Below the pieces are notes generated by a model. That model searched no databases, was not told the DNA's origin, and saw only the letters and a program-made list of their open reading frames with translations. A stretch of DNA of 64,000 nt from an uncultured Bacteroidales bacterium (GTDB taxonomy: Bacteria > Bacteroidota > Bacteroidia > Bacteroidales > Muribaculaceae), in assembly GCA_900539915.1 (NCBI GenBank), contig UQDU01000007.1, forward strand, positions 5,264-69,263, in the 5' to 3' direction. Below, piece after piece: positions 1 to 10,123 of the stretch (its first letter is position 1; the number at the start of each line of letters is the position of its first letter). Position numbers and translations under genes: made by a program.

Positions 1-1
1 G

Positions 2-895
2 TGTCTCAAAGGCATGGCCGAGGCTTTTGACCGCCTCAAGCCTGACCGCGTGGTCATACTCGGCGACCGCTTCGAGATGCTATCGGCTGCTACGGCGGCC
101 CTGATGATGCGCATCCCCATAATACACATAGCCGGAGGGGAGACAACACTCGGGGCGATAGACGACAGCATCCGCCATGCCATCACCGAGATGTCGTGGC
201 TCCATCTGACTGCCACCGAGCCATACCGCCGGCGTGTCATAGCCATGGGGGCTGCACCCGAGAGGGTCATAAACACCGGGGCGATAGGGGTGTACAACGC
301 TCTCAACGAGCCTCTTATGTCCCGTGACGAGCTTGCGGCAAGCGTCGGGCTTGATTTTGAACGACCCACTTTGCTCGTGACATATCATGCTGCCACAGCC
401 GATGACCGCAGCCCTGTAGAGCAGTTTCAGGCTCTGCTTGATGCCCTTGACCGTCACGGAGATGTGGATGTGCTTATCACTTATCCCAACAATGACCCTC
501 GCGGAGGCGGACTGGTGACGCTTATAGAGCAGTGGGTCAAGGCCAACAGCCACAGGGCTGTAGGCATACCTTCATTGGGGAAAACGAGATACCTGTCGGT
601 TCTGAGATATGTGGATGCCGTGGTGGGCAACAGTTCCAGCGGCATCGTGGAGGTGCCTTCGATGCACATACCCACCGTCAACATAGGCACACGTCAGGAA
701 GGGCGCATCTCCGGCGAATCGGTGGTGCACTGCGGCGTGACCGCCGACGAGATAGACCGCGCCATAGCCTATGCACTCAGTGATGAGGGCAGGGAGAAAG
801 CCCGCAGGGCGGCCAACCCATATTACCGGCCGGACACCCTCGGCGTGATGGTCAAAGCGATAACCGACACCCCTTATACGGGGTCGACATCGTAG
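2..895 (+). CDS. UDP-N-acetylglucosamine 2-epimerase (hydrolyzing), NeuC-like; C-terminal part, with the N-terminus before the window start
   Basis: The reading frame is open back to position 2. Motifs GDRFEMLSAA, HIAGGETTLGAIDDSIRH and TEPYRRRVIAMG match the NeuC/WecB epimerase fold, and the GGE motif points to the hydrolyzing NeuC type. Confidence 0.7.
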   Translation, partial: CLKGMAEAFDRLKPDRVVILGDRFEMLSAATAALMMRIPIIHIAGGETTLGAIDDSIRHAITEMSWLHLTATEPYRRRVIAMGAAPERVINTGAIGVYNALNEPLMSRDELAASVGLDFERPTLLVTYHAATADDRSPVEQFQALLDALDRHGDVDVLITYPNNDPRGGGLVTLIEQWVKANSHRAVGIPSLGKTRYLSVLRYVDAVVGNSSSGIVEVPSMHIPTVNIGTRQEGRISGESVVHCGVTADEIDRAIAYALSDEGREKARRAANPYYRPDTLGVMVKAITDTPYTGSTS

Positions 896-3357
896 TAGAT
901 GACGGCCGATTTCATGTCGGGATAGAGCGAGTGCATCAGATTGCGCAGGTCAAGCAGCAGTTTGCGCACTTTGGCCATGGATGCGCCTGTCTCCACTTTG
1001 AGCATTATGCAACGTATGTAGAGCTGCTGGATGCGTCCGACAGGCGGCTCCTCGGGGCCTTGCACCCTGTCGCCGAACAGGTGCCGCAGCTGCACACCAT
1101 AGGCATCGGCCAGCAGTTTGACCGCCTCGAGATTGCGGTGCTTGATGTATATGCGTATCAGTCTGGTGAAGGGAGGGTAGTGGTAGAGCTGCCTCTCGGC
1201 TATGGCATAGTCGTAGAATCCCTTGTAATCGTGGCTGACGAGATAGCTGAATATCTCGTGGCCGGGGTTGAGTGTCTGTACGGTGACAGTGCCCGGCGTG
1301 TCGGCCGAGCGGCGTCCGGCGCGTCCGGCTACCTGCGAAATCATGTTGAACGCGCGTTCGTCGCTCCTATAGTCTGGGAAGTTGATGATGCTGTCGGCGT
1401 TGACCACTGTCACGGTGTCCACGCCGCCGAAATCCAGACCCTTGGTGACCATCTGGGTGCCTATGAGTATATCCCCCTTGCCCGACGAGAAGTCCTGGAT
1501 GATATTGTCGTAGCCGGCCTTGTTGCGCGTGGTGTCGAGGTCCATGCGCAGTATCCGGGCCTGAGGGAAGGCATCAGTCACCTCCTCCTCTACACGCTCC
1601 GATCCGTAGCCCACCACCTCGATGGCAGGTTCGTTGCATGCCGGGCATACCGATGGGAGCTGGCGTGTGGAGCCGCAGTAGTGGCATACGAGAAGTCCGC
1701 GGGAGCGGTGGTAGGTCATGGCAACGTCGCAGTTGTGGCACCGCGGTATGTTGGCGCACATGCGGCACCTCGCCACAGGCGCGAATCCGCGGCGGTTGAT
1801 GAACACTATCGCCTGGTGCCCCCGGCCTATGGCTTCGGAAATCAGGGCGTGGCTCCGGGCCGAGAGTGCTCCCTGCGCCAACCCCTTCTTGCGCGCCTCG
1901 CCCATGTCGACTATTTCTATCCGTGGCAGCGAAGCCCCCTTGTAACGCTCGGTGAGGGTGACGAGGCCGTATTTGCCTCCTGTGGTGGCTTTGTAGTAGG
2001 TCTCCACCGACGGGGTCGCGCTCCCAAGGAGCACCTTGGCTCCGTGCATGACGGCGAGGACTATCGCCGCGTCGCGTGCATTGTAGCGCGGTGCAGGGTC
2101 CTGCTGCTTGTAGCTGGTCTCGTGTTCCTCGTCGACTATCACTAAGCCGAGATTGGAATAGGGCAGAAACACCGATGTGCGCGCACCGAGTATCACACGA
2201 GGCGCACCGTCGCGTAGGAGCGTGTTCCAGTGCTCCACACGCACATTGTCCGAAAATTTGCTGTGGTAGACCATCACCTTGTCGCCGAACACCTTCTGGA
2301 GCCTGTGGCTCAGCTGGGTGGTAAGGGCTATCTCAGGCACGAGCATCAGCACCTGCCGCCCCTGGCGCAGCGCATAGTCGATGAGATGGACGTATATTTC
2401 GGTCTTGCCGCTTGATGTCACTCCGTGGAGCAGGGTGGTGTTGTGTGACATCCATGAGCGGTGTATCGAGGTGAGGGCTTCTGACTGGGCTTCGCTCAGC
2501 GTGGGGAGCTCGCCCGATACGAGGCCCTGATAACGGAAACGGTCGGTGGTCTTCTTGTATATCTCCGCTATGCCTTTGTCGGCCAGAGCCTTGATGATGG
2601 TCGTAGAAACGCCCGAGTGCTCGATTAGGGCGGCGCGTGACACCTCTTTGGGCATCTCTGACTGGCGGTTGAACCCTGAGAGCTGTATCAGCGTCTGCAG
2701 GGCTGTCTCCTGCTTGTTGGCACCCTTGACTTTGCCGAAAGCTTCCGACAGGGCGTTCATGTCGCCGTGGGGGAAGCTGAGACGCACATATACCTCCTGC
2801 AGCGGTCTGTATCGTTCCACAAGCCGCTCCGAGATGATTATGGCACCTTTCTGGAGCAGTCGGGCGGTGGAGCGAGCAAGCTGTTTGAGTCCGGCGGCTT
2901 TCTCTATGTCGGCCATCGTCATGCGCTTGTCAAAGTGGCTGAGTACCTGGATGATTATGGCCTCGCGCTCGTTGAGCGGATTGTCGGGGTCTTCCTCGTA
3001 GTCGGGGTTAAGCTCTATGAATGTCTCGCTCTCCAATTTCAGTCCCGAAGGCATCGCGGCACGGTACACATCCCCTACCGAACAGAGGTAGTAGTCGGCG
3101 AGCCACTGCCAGTGCTTGAGCTGCGGATAGCGCACTATCGGCTCGCCGTTGTCAAGCACCATGGCTACGGGCTTGGTGTCGAACCCCTCGGGACGGATAT
3201 GGGTGACCGACACGACTATGCCGGTGTAGAACCGCCGCAGGCCGAACGGCACGATGACGCGGCACCCGGGCTTGACCGCGTCGGCAAGCTCGTCGGGTAT
3301 CTCATATGTGAATGTGCCGGCAATCGGCACCGGCATCAGCACTTCGGCATACTTCAT
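874..3357 (-). CDS. priA: primosomal protein N' (replication restart helicase PriA)
   Basis: 827 aa. Walker A motif GVTSSGKTE, a DEEH box, a CxxC...CxxC zinc-binding insertion (CHNCDVAMTYH...CHYCG...CPAC) and a C-terminal helicase domain. Its 3' end overlaps the convergent NeuC-like gene by 22 nt. Confidence 0.9.
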   Translation of the reverse strand: MKYAEVLMPVPIAGTFTYEIPDELADAVKPGCRVIVPFGLRRFYTGIVVSVTHIRPEGFDTKPVAMVLDNGEPIVRYPQLKHWQWLADYYLCSVGDVYRAAMPSGLKLESETFIELNPDYEEDPDNPLNEREAIIIQVLSHFDKRMTMADIEKAAGLKQLARSTARLLQKGAIIISERLVERYRPLQEVYVRLSFPHGDMNALSEAFGKVKGANKQETALQTLIQLSGFNRQSEMPKEVSRAALIEHSGVSTTIIKALADKGIAEIYKKTTDRFRYQGLVSGELPTLSEAQSEALTSIHRSWMSHNTTLLHGVTSSGKTEIYVHLIDYALRQGRQVLMLVPEIALTTQLSHRLQKVFGDKVMVYHSKFSDNVRVEHWNTLLRDGAPRVILGARTSVFLPYSNLGLVIVDEEHETSYKQQDPAPRYNARDAAIVLAVMHGAKVLLGSATPSVETYYKATTGGKYGLVTLTERYKGASLPRIEIVDMGEARKKGLAQGALSARSHALISEAIGRGHQAIVFINRRGFAPVARCRMCANIPRCHNCDVAMTYHRSRGLLVCHYCGSTRQLPSVCPACNEPAIEVVGYGSERVEEEVTDAFPQARILRMDLDTTRNKAGYDNIIQDFSSGKGDILIGTQMVTKGLDFGGVDTVTVVNADSIINFPDYRSDERAFNMISQVAGRAGRRSADTPGTVTVQTLNPGHEIFSYLVSHDYKGFYDYAIAERQLYHYPPFTRLIRIYIKHRNLEAVKLLADAYGVQLRHLFGDRVQGPEEPPVGRIQQLYIRCIMLKVETGASMAKVRKLLLDLRNLMHSLYPDMKSAVIYYDVDPV

Positions 3358-3434
3358 GGGGCGGTGTTGTGGTTAGATAAATACAAAGATAGCGAAAATT
3401 TGTAGTAACTTTGTGCTTGATATCAATTGCAGCA

Positions 3435-4376
3435 ATGACAACGTCTGTTAAAACCAAAGGATATATCTTTGCGGCCGTGGCGGCTGCTACCTACGGCATG
3501 AATCCGCTGTTTGCTCTGCCGCTTTATGCTGACGGGATGGATGCTGACTCGGTGCTGCTGTTCAGGTATCTGATGGCGATGCCCGTGCTGGCCGTGATGC
3601 TTCGTGTGCGCGGACACCGTTTCTCGGGTCTGACCGGGCGTCAGCTCGGCGCAGTGGCCGTGCTCGGCATAGTGATGGCCCTGTCATCGCTGCTGCTTTT
3701 CCTGAGCTACGAATACATGGAGGCCGGGATTGCTTCGACCATCCTGTTTGTCTATCCGATCATGGTGGCGGCCATAGGGGTGGTGTTTTTCCACGAGAAG
3801 CTGACGGCCATGACTGTGCTGTGTATCGCTCTGGCCGTGGGCGGCATAGCGTTGCTCTATACCGGAGGAGCCGGGGGAGCGACTTTGTCGGCTGTCGGGA
3901 CGGTGATAGTCATAGCTTCCGCACTGTCATATTCGGTCTATATCGTCGGGGTCAACCGTCCGATACTCCACGGCGTGGCCACATTGCGGCTCACATTCTA
4001 TCTGCTCGGCTTCGGGTCGCTGCTGTTCATAGCGAGAGTGGTGACGGCTGACAGTCTCACGGTGCCGACGCATTGGGCCATGTGGGGCAATCTGCTATGT
4101 CTGGCCCTGTTTCCTACGGTGGTCTCGTTTATCTGCACCACCAAGGCCGTCCAGTATATCGGGGCTACGCCCACCGCCATACTCGGAGCTTTGGAGCCGG
4201 TCACAGCCGTGGTCATAGGCATAAGCGTGTTCGGCGAGACACTGACCCCGGGCGAAACCCTCGGTCTCGTCCTGATAATCGCCGCCGTCACCTTCGTGGT
4301 GGCCGGCGGAAGCATCACGGCGCCCCTCGTCCGTTTCCGCAAGCTATTTCCCCGTATCCTTCACCGCCAGCGGTAG
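3435..4376 (+). CDS. EamA/DMT-family transporter
   Basis: About 10 transmembrane helices and two EamA-like halves. ATG 3435 (MTTSVKTKGYIF) is the likely start; the ORF track begins at 3411. Confidence 0.7.
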   Translation: MTTSVKTKGYIFAAVAAATYGMNPLFALPLYADGMDADSVLLFRYLMAMPVLAVMLRVRGHRFSGLTGRQLGAVAVLGIVMALSSLLLFLSYEYMEAGIASTILFVYPIMVAAIGVVFFHEKLTAMTVLCIALAVGGIALLYTGGAGGATLSAVGTVIVIASALSYSVYIVGVNRPILHGVATLRLTFYLLGFGSLLFIARVVTADSLTVPTHWAMWGNLLCLALFPTVVSFICTTKAVQYIGATPTAILGALEPVTAVVIGISVFGETLTPGETLGLVLIIAAVTFVVAGGSITAPLVRFRKLFPRILHRQR

Positions 4377-4525
4377 CCGGCAGCCGGTCATTGCGGATAT
4401 ATTTTGGTGAAAAGGTTGGGGACAACGCATTGATATTTTGAAAATTATTGCGATATTTGCAATGTCAAAAATCAGGCACATATATATTTAATCTAATAGG
4501 ACAACTTTAGAGTCTAAAAAAGAAA

Positions 4526-6169
4526 ATGAAACAAAGCGTCTTGCAAAAAGCCCGCATGGCTTATCAGCCCAAGCTTCCCATCGTGATGACACACCCGGTG
4601 AAGGTGGTCGAGGGACAGCCCACACAGTCAGTAGCTGACCAGGAAGAAATCAAGAAGCTCTTCCCCAACACCTACGGACTGCCTGAACTGCGATTTGAGC
4701 GCAACCCCAATCCCACTACCGGTCGCCCCATCAATGTCGGCGTGATACTCTCGGGCGGTCAGGCCCCCGGCGGTCACAATGTGATTTGCGGACTTTTTGA
4801 CGGCATCAAGAAGATACACCGCGACAGCCGCCTCTACGGATTCCTCATGGGTCCCGGCGGTCTTGTGGACCACAAATACAAGGAACTCACAGCTGATCTG
4901 GTCAACGAATACCGCAACACCGGCGGCTTCGACATGATCGGCTCAGGCCGTACAAAGCTGGAGACCAAGGAGCAGTTTGACAAGGGTCTTGAAATCCTCC
5001 GCGAGCTCAATATATCGGCTCTCGTCATCATCGGTGGCGACGACTCTAACACCAATGCTGCCATCCTGGCCGAATACTACAAGGAAATCAATGCCGGAGT
5101 GCAGGTGATCGGCTGCCCCAAGACTATCGACGGCGACCTCAAGAACGAGGTTATCGAGGCTTCTTTCGGCTTTGACACCGCTACCAAGACCTATTCGGAA
5201 GTCATCGGCAACATACAGCGTGACTGCCTCTCGGCCAAGAAATACTGGCACTTCATGAAGCTGATGGGACGTTCTGCTTCGCATATCGCACTTGAGTGCG
5301 CCCTCCAGACCCAGCCCAATGTGGCCATCATCTCAGAGGAGGTAGAGGAGAAGAACCAGACACTCCAGGACATCGTGAACCATATCGCCGACATCGTAGT
5401 GGCCCGTCAGGAGAAGGGTTGCGGCTACGGCACAGTGCTCGTCCCCGAAGGTCTCATCGAGTTTATCCCTGCTGTCAAAAAGCTCATCGCCGAGCTCAAC
5501 GAGATGCTCGCCCACAATGCCGAGGAGTTTGCCGCCGCTGCTGACCAGCGTCAGTATGTAGTGGACCACCTCGATGCCGAGAACGCCAAAATCTACGCTT
5601 CGCTTCCTGCAGGCGTGGCCCGTCAGCTGACTCTCGACCGTGACCCCCACGGCAATGTGCAGGTGTCACTGATTGAGACCGAGAAGCTCCTCAGCGAGAT
5701 GGTATCGCACCGTCTGGAGGAACTCCGCGCACAGGGCAAGTATGCCGGCAAGTTCTCTACCATGCACCACTTCTTCGGCTACGAAGGACGCTGCGCTTTC
5801 CCCTCTAACTTCGATGCCGACTACTGCTACGGTCTCGGTTTCACTGCATCATGCCTCATCAATGCCGGCGTGACCGGTTACATGTCAAGCATGCGCAACC
5901 TGACCAAGGCTTCCGTGCAGTGGCTCCCCGGCGGCATACCCATCACCATGATGATGAACATGGAGCGTCGCCACGGTGCCATGAAGCCCGTAATCCAGAA
6001 GGCTCTCGTGGATCTCAAAGGCAATGCGTTCCGCTATTTCGCATCCAAGCGTGATTCATGGGCTGTCAATGACAGCTATGTATATCCCGGTCCCGTGCAG
6101 TATTACGGTCCGGCCGAGGTATGCGACCAGCCCACACTCACACTCCAGTACGAGCACATCGGCAAGTAA
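4526..6169 (+). CDS. pfp: diphosphate--fructose-6-phosphate 1-phosphotransferase (PPi-dependent phosphofructokinase, long form)
   Basis: 547 aa. [31 protein letters not shown] and [14 protein letters not shown] motifs match PPi-PFK of Bacteroidetes and protist type. Confidence 0.9.
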   Translation: MKQSVLQKARMAYQPKLPIVMTHPVKVVEGQPTQSVADQEEIKKLFPNTYGLPELRFERNPNPTTGRPINVGVILSGGQAPGGHNVICGLFDGIKKIHRDSRLYGFLMGPGGLVDHKYKELTADLVNEYRNTGGFDMIGSGRTKLETKEQFDKGLEILRELNISALVIIGGDDSNTNAAILAEYYKEINAGVQVIGCPKTIDGDLKNEVIEASFGFDTATKTYSEVIGNIQRDCLSAKKYWHFMKLMGRSASHIALECALQTQPNVAIISEEVEEKNQTLQDIVNHIADIVVARQEKGCGYGTVLVPEGLIEFIPAVKKLIAELNEMLAHNAEEFAAAADQRQYVVDHLDAENAKIYASLPAGVARQLTLDRDPHGNVQVSLIETEKLLSEMVSHRLEELRAQGKYAGKFSTMHHFFGYEGRCAFPSNFDADYCYGLGFTASCLINAGVTGYMSSMRNLTKASVQWLPGGIPITMMMNMERRHGAMKPVIQKALVDLKGNAFRYFASKRDSWAVNDSYVYPGPVQYYGPAEVCDQPTLTLQYEHIGK

Positions 6170-6190
6170 TCGCCGCATGTTCAATGATAA

Positions 6191-6237
6191 CGAGCGAGGA
6201 GGCCTCAAGGTCTTCTCGCTCGCTTTTTATGTCTTTT
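6191..6237 (+). terminator. imperfect GC-rich hairpin plus T-tract downstream of pfp
   Basis: GAGCGAGGAGGCC-tcaa-GGTCTTCTCGCTC followed by CGCTTTTTATGTCTTTTT. Confidence 0.5.
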
Positions 6238-6329
6238 TGATTGTGAAATGGAAAATAATGTGTAATTTTGTCAGGAAAATCAGCGTTTATGCCGTATTCG
6301 GTAACGTATTTATCTTATAATTTGATAGC

Positions 6330-6791
6330 ATGGAGAAAATAGACAGTCTCGACAGGCAGATACTTGAAATAGTTATGAACAATGCCCGCATCCCTTCGAA
6401 AGATGTGGCCATAGCATGCGGTGTGTCGCGTGCCGCTGTGCATCAGCGCATCCAGCGCATGATAGATCTCAATGTAATCACCGGGTCGGGCTATTACGTC
6501 AATCCGCATGTGCTCGGACTGAACAACTGTACGTTTATCGGCATCACGCTTGAGAGGGGAGCACTCTACCGCAAGGTTGCGGCAGAACTGGAGAAAATAC
6601 CCGAGGTGACAGAGTGCCACTTTGTCACCGGGCCTTACACGATGCTTATAAAGCTGTTTGCCCGTGACAACGAGCACCTCATGGAACTGCTCAATGACCG
6701 CATACAGATGATTCCCGGTGTCACACACACCGAGACGCTCATATCGCTTGACCACTCGATACACCGCAAAGTCCCCATCTATCCCGAATGA
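6330..6791 (+). CDS. Lrp/AsnC-family transcriptional regulator
   Basis: 153 aa. N-terminal HTH (DRQILEIVMNNARIPSKDVAIACGVSRAAVHQRIQRM) plus a C-terminal RAM/AsnC domain. Confidence 0.85.
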   Translation: MEKIDSLDRQILEIVMNNARIPSKDVAIACGVSRAAVHQRIQRMIDLNVITGSGYYVNPHVLGLNNCTFIGITLERGALYRKVAAELEKIPEVTECHFVTGPYTMLIKLFARDNEHLMELLNDRIQMIPGVTHTETLISLDHSIHRKVPIYPE

Positions 6792-8335
6792 AATCAGGGA
6801 TACAGGAGATTTATCGTAAGATAAGAACCTGTCCGGCAGCAGATGCCTGGGCATGGATTGTCGTGGCCATTATAGGAGTGCATACGATAGTGTTCGGCTC
6901 CTTGCAGCTCCTTACAGGAGACGATACCACCTATGCCGCGGCAATGAAAGCGACGGGAAGTACGCTCTGGGGCTATATCAAGATTGTCGGGCACCACTGG
7001 CTGCATATCAATGGACGTATGGCCAATCTGCTGGCTCCATGGTGGGTCGGAGGGGTGGACCGTTGGGTGCTTGTCGCTGTCAACGGTGTGATGTGCTCCG
7101 CGTTCTATGCCATGACTCTGATTGTCGCAGGGCTCGGCTCACGGCACACTGCGGCTGCCAAACTGTCGGTCACGGCGTTGGTGCTGTTTACGTTCCCGTG
7201 GTGGGATTCGTTCATGGTGTTTGACGTGATGTTTAACTACGTGTGGTCGTCAGCATTGATGCTGGCTGCATTGTGGCTGCTATTCCGCGGCGTCGGTCAT
7301 GGATGGAGATGGGCTGCGTGGCTGTTTGCTGCATTTGCAGCCTCCATGCACGAAGGGTTCGGACTGCCTGTGTCAATCGGCGTGTGTGCGTGGTTATGGC
7401 TTTCCGGGTCATGGCGGAAGCTCTCGGAGGCGCAGAGGGGCATGGTCAAGGCATTTTTCATCGGGACAATGTTTGCATTGCTGTCGCCGGGCATATGGGG
7501 ACGTTTCTTATCCGAAGGCATAGGTGTCGGTGACCGCATCCCTAATGATGTGTGGTGGCTGCTGATGCTCAAGAGCGACTTCTACACTCTGGCTCTGGTG
7601 GTGTTTGTTGTCGTCATGGCGCTGTGCCGGCGCAAGCGTCTGGTAGAGATGTCACGTACACCCTGGATTATATTCGTAGTAGCCTCCCTGGTCTCGGCAT
7701 GTATGTCGGGTTCAAGCGGCATAGTGGGCCGCAGCGGATGGTTTGCGCAATTGACGGCGGTGATAGCATTGGTGCAGTGGGGCCGCAGATACGGCTGGCA
7801 CATCGGACGCATTGCGGCCGGCGTGGTCTCCACGGTGTTGAGCCTGCTGATTATCGGCCACCTCATAGCCGTAGATGTGATGCCGTCACGCATGCACGGG
7901 GAGCTTGTAAGTGCCCTGGATGCCTATCGTCGCAATCCCCATGAGCCGGTATATCTGGACTACACTCCCTGGTATGCGCACCGTAATCTGACTCTCGCCA
8001 AGGTGAGAGGTGTGCCCGAGCCCTATGAGGAATATTATTTCTCATACTATGTGTCGCAATTCATGCCTGAGGACGCCCCCGATATGGTCGTATTGCCTGC
8101 TGCGGTCAAGGATGTGGATATAGATGAGGGCTGTATGGTAAGAGTGGGCGACGGTTATCTGACACGTACACTGCCCGAACTTCCGTATGAAGGTGCGCCG
8201 GCTTGCAGGATTGACGGACGGTATTATACACCTGTCAGATATACCGATACGAAGAAGCGCCGGATGTATTATCTGGCGCCTCTGAATCTGCGGTATGGTG
8301 ACCGCATATATTATCTGTCGGCTGTAGAGCCTTGA
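6788..8335 (+). CDS. hypothetical polytopic membrane protein (about 11 TM helices plus a C-terminal about 150-aa soluble domain)
   Basis: 515 aa. Its start overlaps the Lrp stop (ATGA). The architecture resembles GT-C/YfhO-like membrane glycosyltransferases, but no diagnostic motif was recognised. Confidence 0.5.
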   Translation: MKSGIQEIYRKIRTCPAADAWAWIVVAIIGVHTIVFGSLQLLTGDDTTYAAAMKATGSTLWGYIKIVGHHWLHINGRMANLLAPWWVGGVDRWVLVAVNGVMCSAFYAMTLIVAGLGSRHTAAAKLSVTALVLFTFPWWDSFMVFDVMFNYVWSSALMLAALWLLFRGVGHGWRWAAWLFAAFAASMHEGFGLPVSIGVCAWLWLSGSWRKLSEAQRGMVKAFFIGTMFALLSPGIWGRFLSEGIGVGDRIPNDVWWLLMLKSDFYTLALVVFVVVMALCRRKRLVEMSRTPWIIFVVASLVSACMSGSSGIVGRSGWFAQLTAVIALVQWGRRYGWHIGRIAAGVVSTVLSLLIIGHLIAVDVMPSRMHGELVSALDAYRRNPHEPVYLDYTPWYAHRNLTLAKVRGVPEPYEEYYFSYYVSQFMPEDAPDMVVLPAAVKDVDIDEGCMVRVGDGYLTRTLPELPYEGAPACRIDGRYYTPVRYTDTKKRRMYYLAPLNLRYGDRIYYLSAVEP

Positions 8336-8339
8336 CCGG

Positions 8340-8897
8340 TCATCGTGTAGGGCCATCCATAGGCTGGCGCGGATGGTTGGTCTGTGTCAGGTGTTTGAGG
8401 GTGTATTCGGCGAGGCCTTCAAGCCACATGCGGTTGATGTTGTGGAAACTTCCGAGAAGCTCGTCGGTGGCGAGGCTGCCTTTGACCGACATTTCGGTCA
8501 GTATGCGTGTGCCGTGGTCGGGAGCCATGGCCAGAAGCCATGCCTGGCAGAAACTGAATTCTGCGCCATCCTTACCTTTGATATTCCCCTCCCATGATAT
8601 GCGGCCGGGGCGGTCGGCTTTAGGTTTGACACATTCAAGCACGTGTGCAGCGAGGTTCAGGCCGGCTTCGGAGTATTCAAACTCGGCTTTGGCAAACAGA
8701 TGGGGGTCTTCGACAGACGGGTCTATGAACTGTGCGTCTGTGACGTCCTTGGAGAAACGGTCCCAGTCGGATATGTTGATGAGGTAGGACCACAACTCTT
8801 CAGGAGTCATATGCTTGACTATTAATTCGTTGGATACAATTCCGTCGGCGAGTGAAGGATCATAGGCCGGCGGCCAGATGATTTTGTCGGTAATCAT
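8340..8897 (-). CDS. hypothetical cytoplasmic protein, possibly SRPBCC-like
   Basis: 185-aa ORF with a clean start, no transmembrane helix and coding-like composition. The family assignment is weak. Confidence 0.4.
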   Translation of the reverse strand: MITDKIIWPPAYDPSLADGIVSNELIVKHMTPEELWSYLINISDWDRFSKDVTDAQFIDPSVEDPHLFAKAEFEYSEAGLNLAAHVLECVKPKADRPGRISWEGNIKGKDGAEFSFCQAWLLAMAPDHGTRILTEMSVKGSLATDELLGSFHNINRMWLEGLAEYTLKHLTQTNHPRQPMDGPTR

Positions 8898-8969
8898 AGT
8901 GTTTGATATATTTTGAATTTGGTTATTCGGATACTGTTATTAAAATAAGGATTTACGGGGTCTTTTGGT

Positions 8970-10010
8970 TCAAAAGACTATAGATAATGCGAATCCGGGA
9001 GCCCCTTTGACGAGAGTGGGCATTATGGACGAATAGATGGGGAATCCTCCATGATGGTCCCTGAGGTGCTCGCCGTCAAGGTCAAGCCGGTATCCTCTCA
9101 ACGGATTGCCCCTGAATAGGTCAAGGAACTCGTTGACAGGGTCGATGAGGAAAGCCACTATGCCTCCGATGATGGGTGACCCGAAGAGGCGGTAGTCGTT
9201 GGCCACGATTTCGCGCTTGAGCTTGTAGAAAAGTTCGCCGATGACCGACCCTATCACAGGGGTTATCACTATGTCCTGATACGACGGACGCTCCATGAAA
9301 GCCTCTATGCCGAATTCCCATAGCACGGTCGATACAAACGCCGATGACAGCATAGACCTCCAGAAATTGAATCCGCAGCTTCGTGCGGCCATGAAGTATG
9401 CGGCCCCGGCATAGGGATGCAGCAGATAGTTGAATATCCAGCTGTCGTGGTCAAGCTCGGGATTCCTGACAAATATGTTGCGGTACCAGCGTTTGAAGGG
9501 TGGCACGTCCTGAATTTCCTTGCGGTTCCAGGACGTGGCATCTTCCGGCAGGCACTCCAACACTGCGAGAGCACCTCCCATCGCTCCCGCTATCAGTCCC
9601 ATGTTTGCCCAGTAGCGACCCCAGTCAGGGTCGTTGAGAGTCATGGAGTATGGTCTGAAATAAAGCGGCAATCCCTGAGGTCCAGGGGTGGGCACAATGG
9701 TAGGAGCCATAGCGAGAAAATCTTCGTCAATCTGCTGTTTCCGGTAAATGATGCTCTTTGTCAGATACTCGTCATCAAGCTGCAACATGGTGACAGCGAT
9801 GGAATCAAACAAGGCTCCGCGAGTGACACTCATCCGGCTCCGCGACAAGGTGTCGGCCGGTATGCTGTCACCTATGGCTGCGGTGACAGAGTCGCACTCT
9901 GACTCTGCGGCAGATGCAACTGTCGGGGATACCAGCCATGACAAGAGCAATGCTATCGTGACAGCTGCGCCTGTAGTTAATGTGGTGAAAAATGAAGTAC
10001 CGGATTTCAT
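8970..10010 (-). CDS. DUF3943-family secreted/membrane protein
   Basis: The start is taken at MKSGTSFFTTL (signal peptide); the track ORF runs upstream into AT-rich sequence. The conserved core WNRK...DxDxW.NYLLHPYAGAAYF is typical of Bacteroidetes DUF3943. Confidence 0.6.
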   Translation of the reverse strand: MKSGTSFFTTLTTGAAVTIALLLSWLVSPTVASAAESECDSVTAAIGDSIPADTLSRSRMSVTRGALFDSIAVTMLQLDDEYLTKSIIYRKQQIDEDFLAMAPTIVPTPGPQGLPLYFRPYSMTLNDPDWGRYWANMGLIAGAMGGALAVLECLPEDATSWNRKEIQDVPPFKRWYRNIFVRNPELDHDSWIFNYLLHPYAGAAYFMAARSCGFNFWRSMLSSAFVSTVLWEFGIEAFMERPSYQDIVITPVIGSVIGELFYKLKREIVANDYRLFGSPIIGGIVAFLIDPVNEFLDLFRGNPLRGYRLDLDGEHLRDHHGGFPIYSSIMPTLVKGAPGFALSIVF

Positions 10011-10123
10011 GATGAGATGGATCGGTAAGTAATTAAGATATAATTCTAACACACGAGAGTCTACGAAAGTGCGTAAAAAAGTAGAGTTATGCAAAAAATG
10101 AAGAAATACGGGAGTCTTAATGG

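Noticed and set aside
931-2145. 404-aa plus-strand ORF inside priA
   Set aside because: Antisense to a confidently identified helicase gene. Its Arg/Ala/Gly/Val-rich low-complexity translation is typical of GC-rich antisense frames.
8373-8825. Small plus-strand ORFs opposite the 8340-8897 gene, and other ORFs of 60-120 aa scattered on opposite strands of annotated genes
   Set aside because: Short, overlapping better-supported genes, with no start context or conserved motifs.
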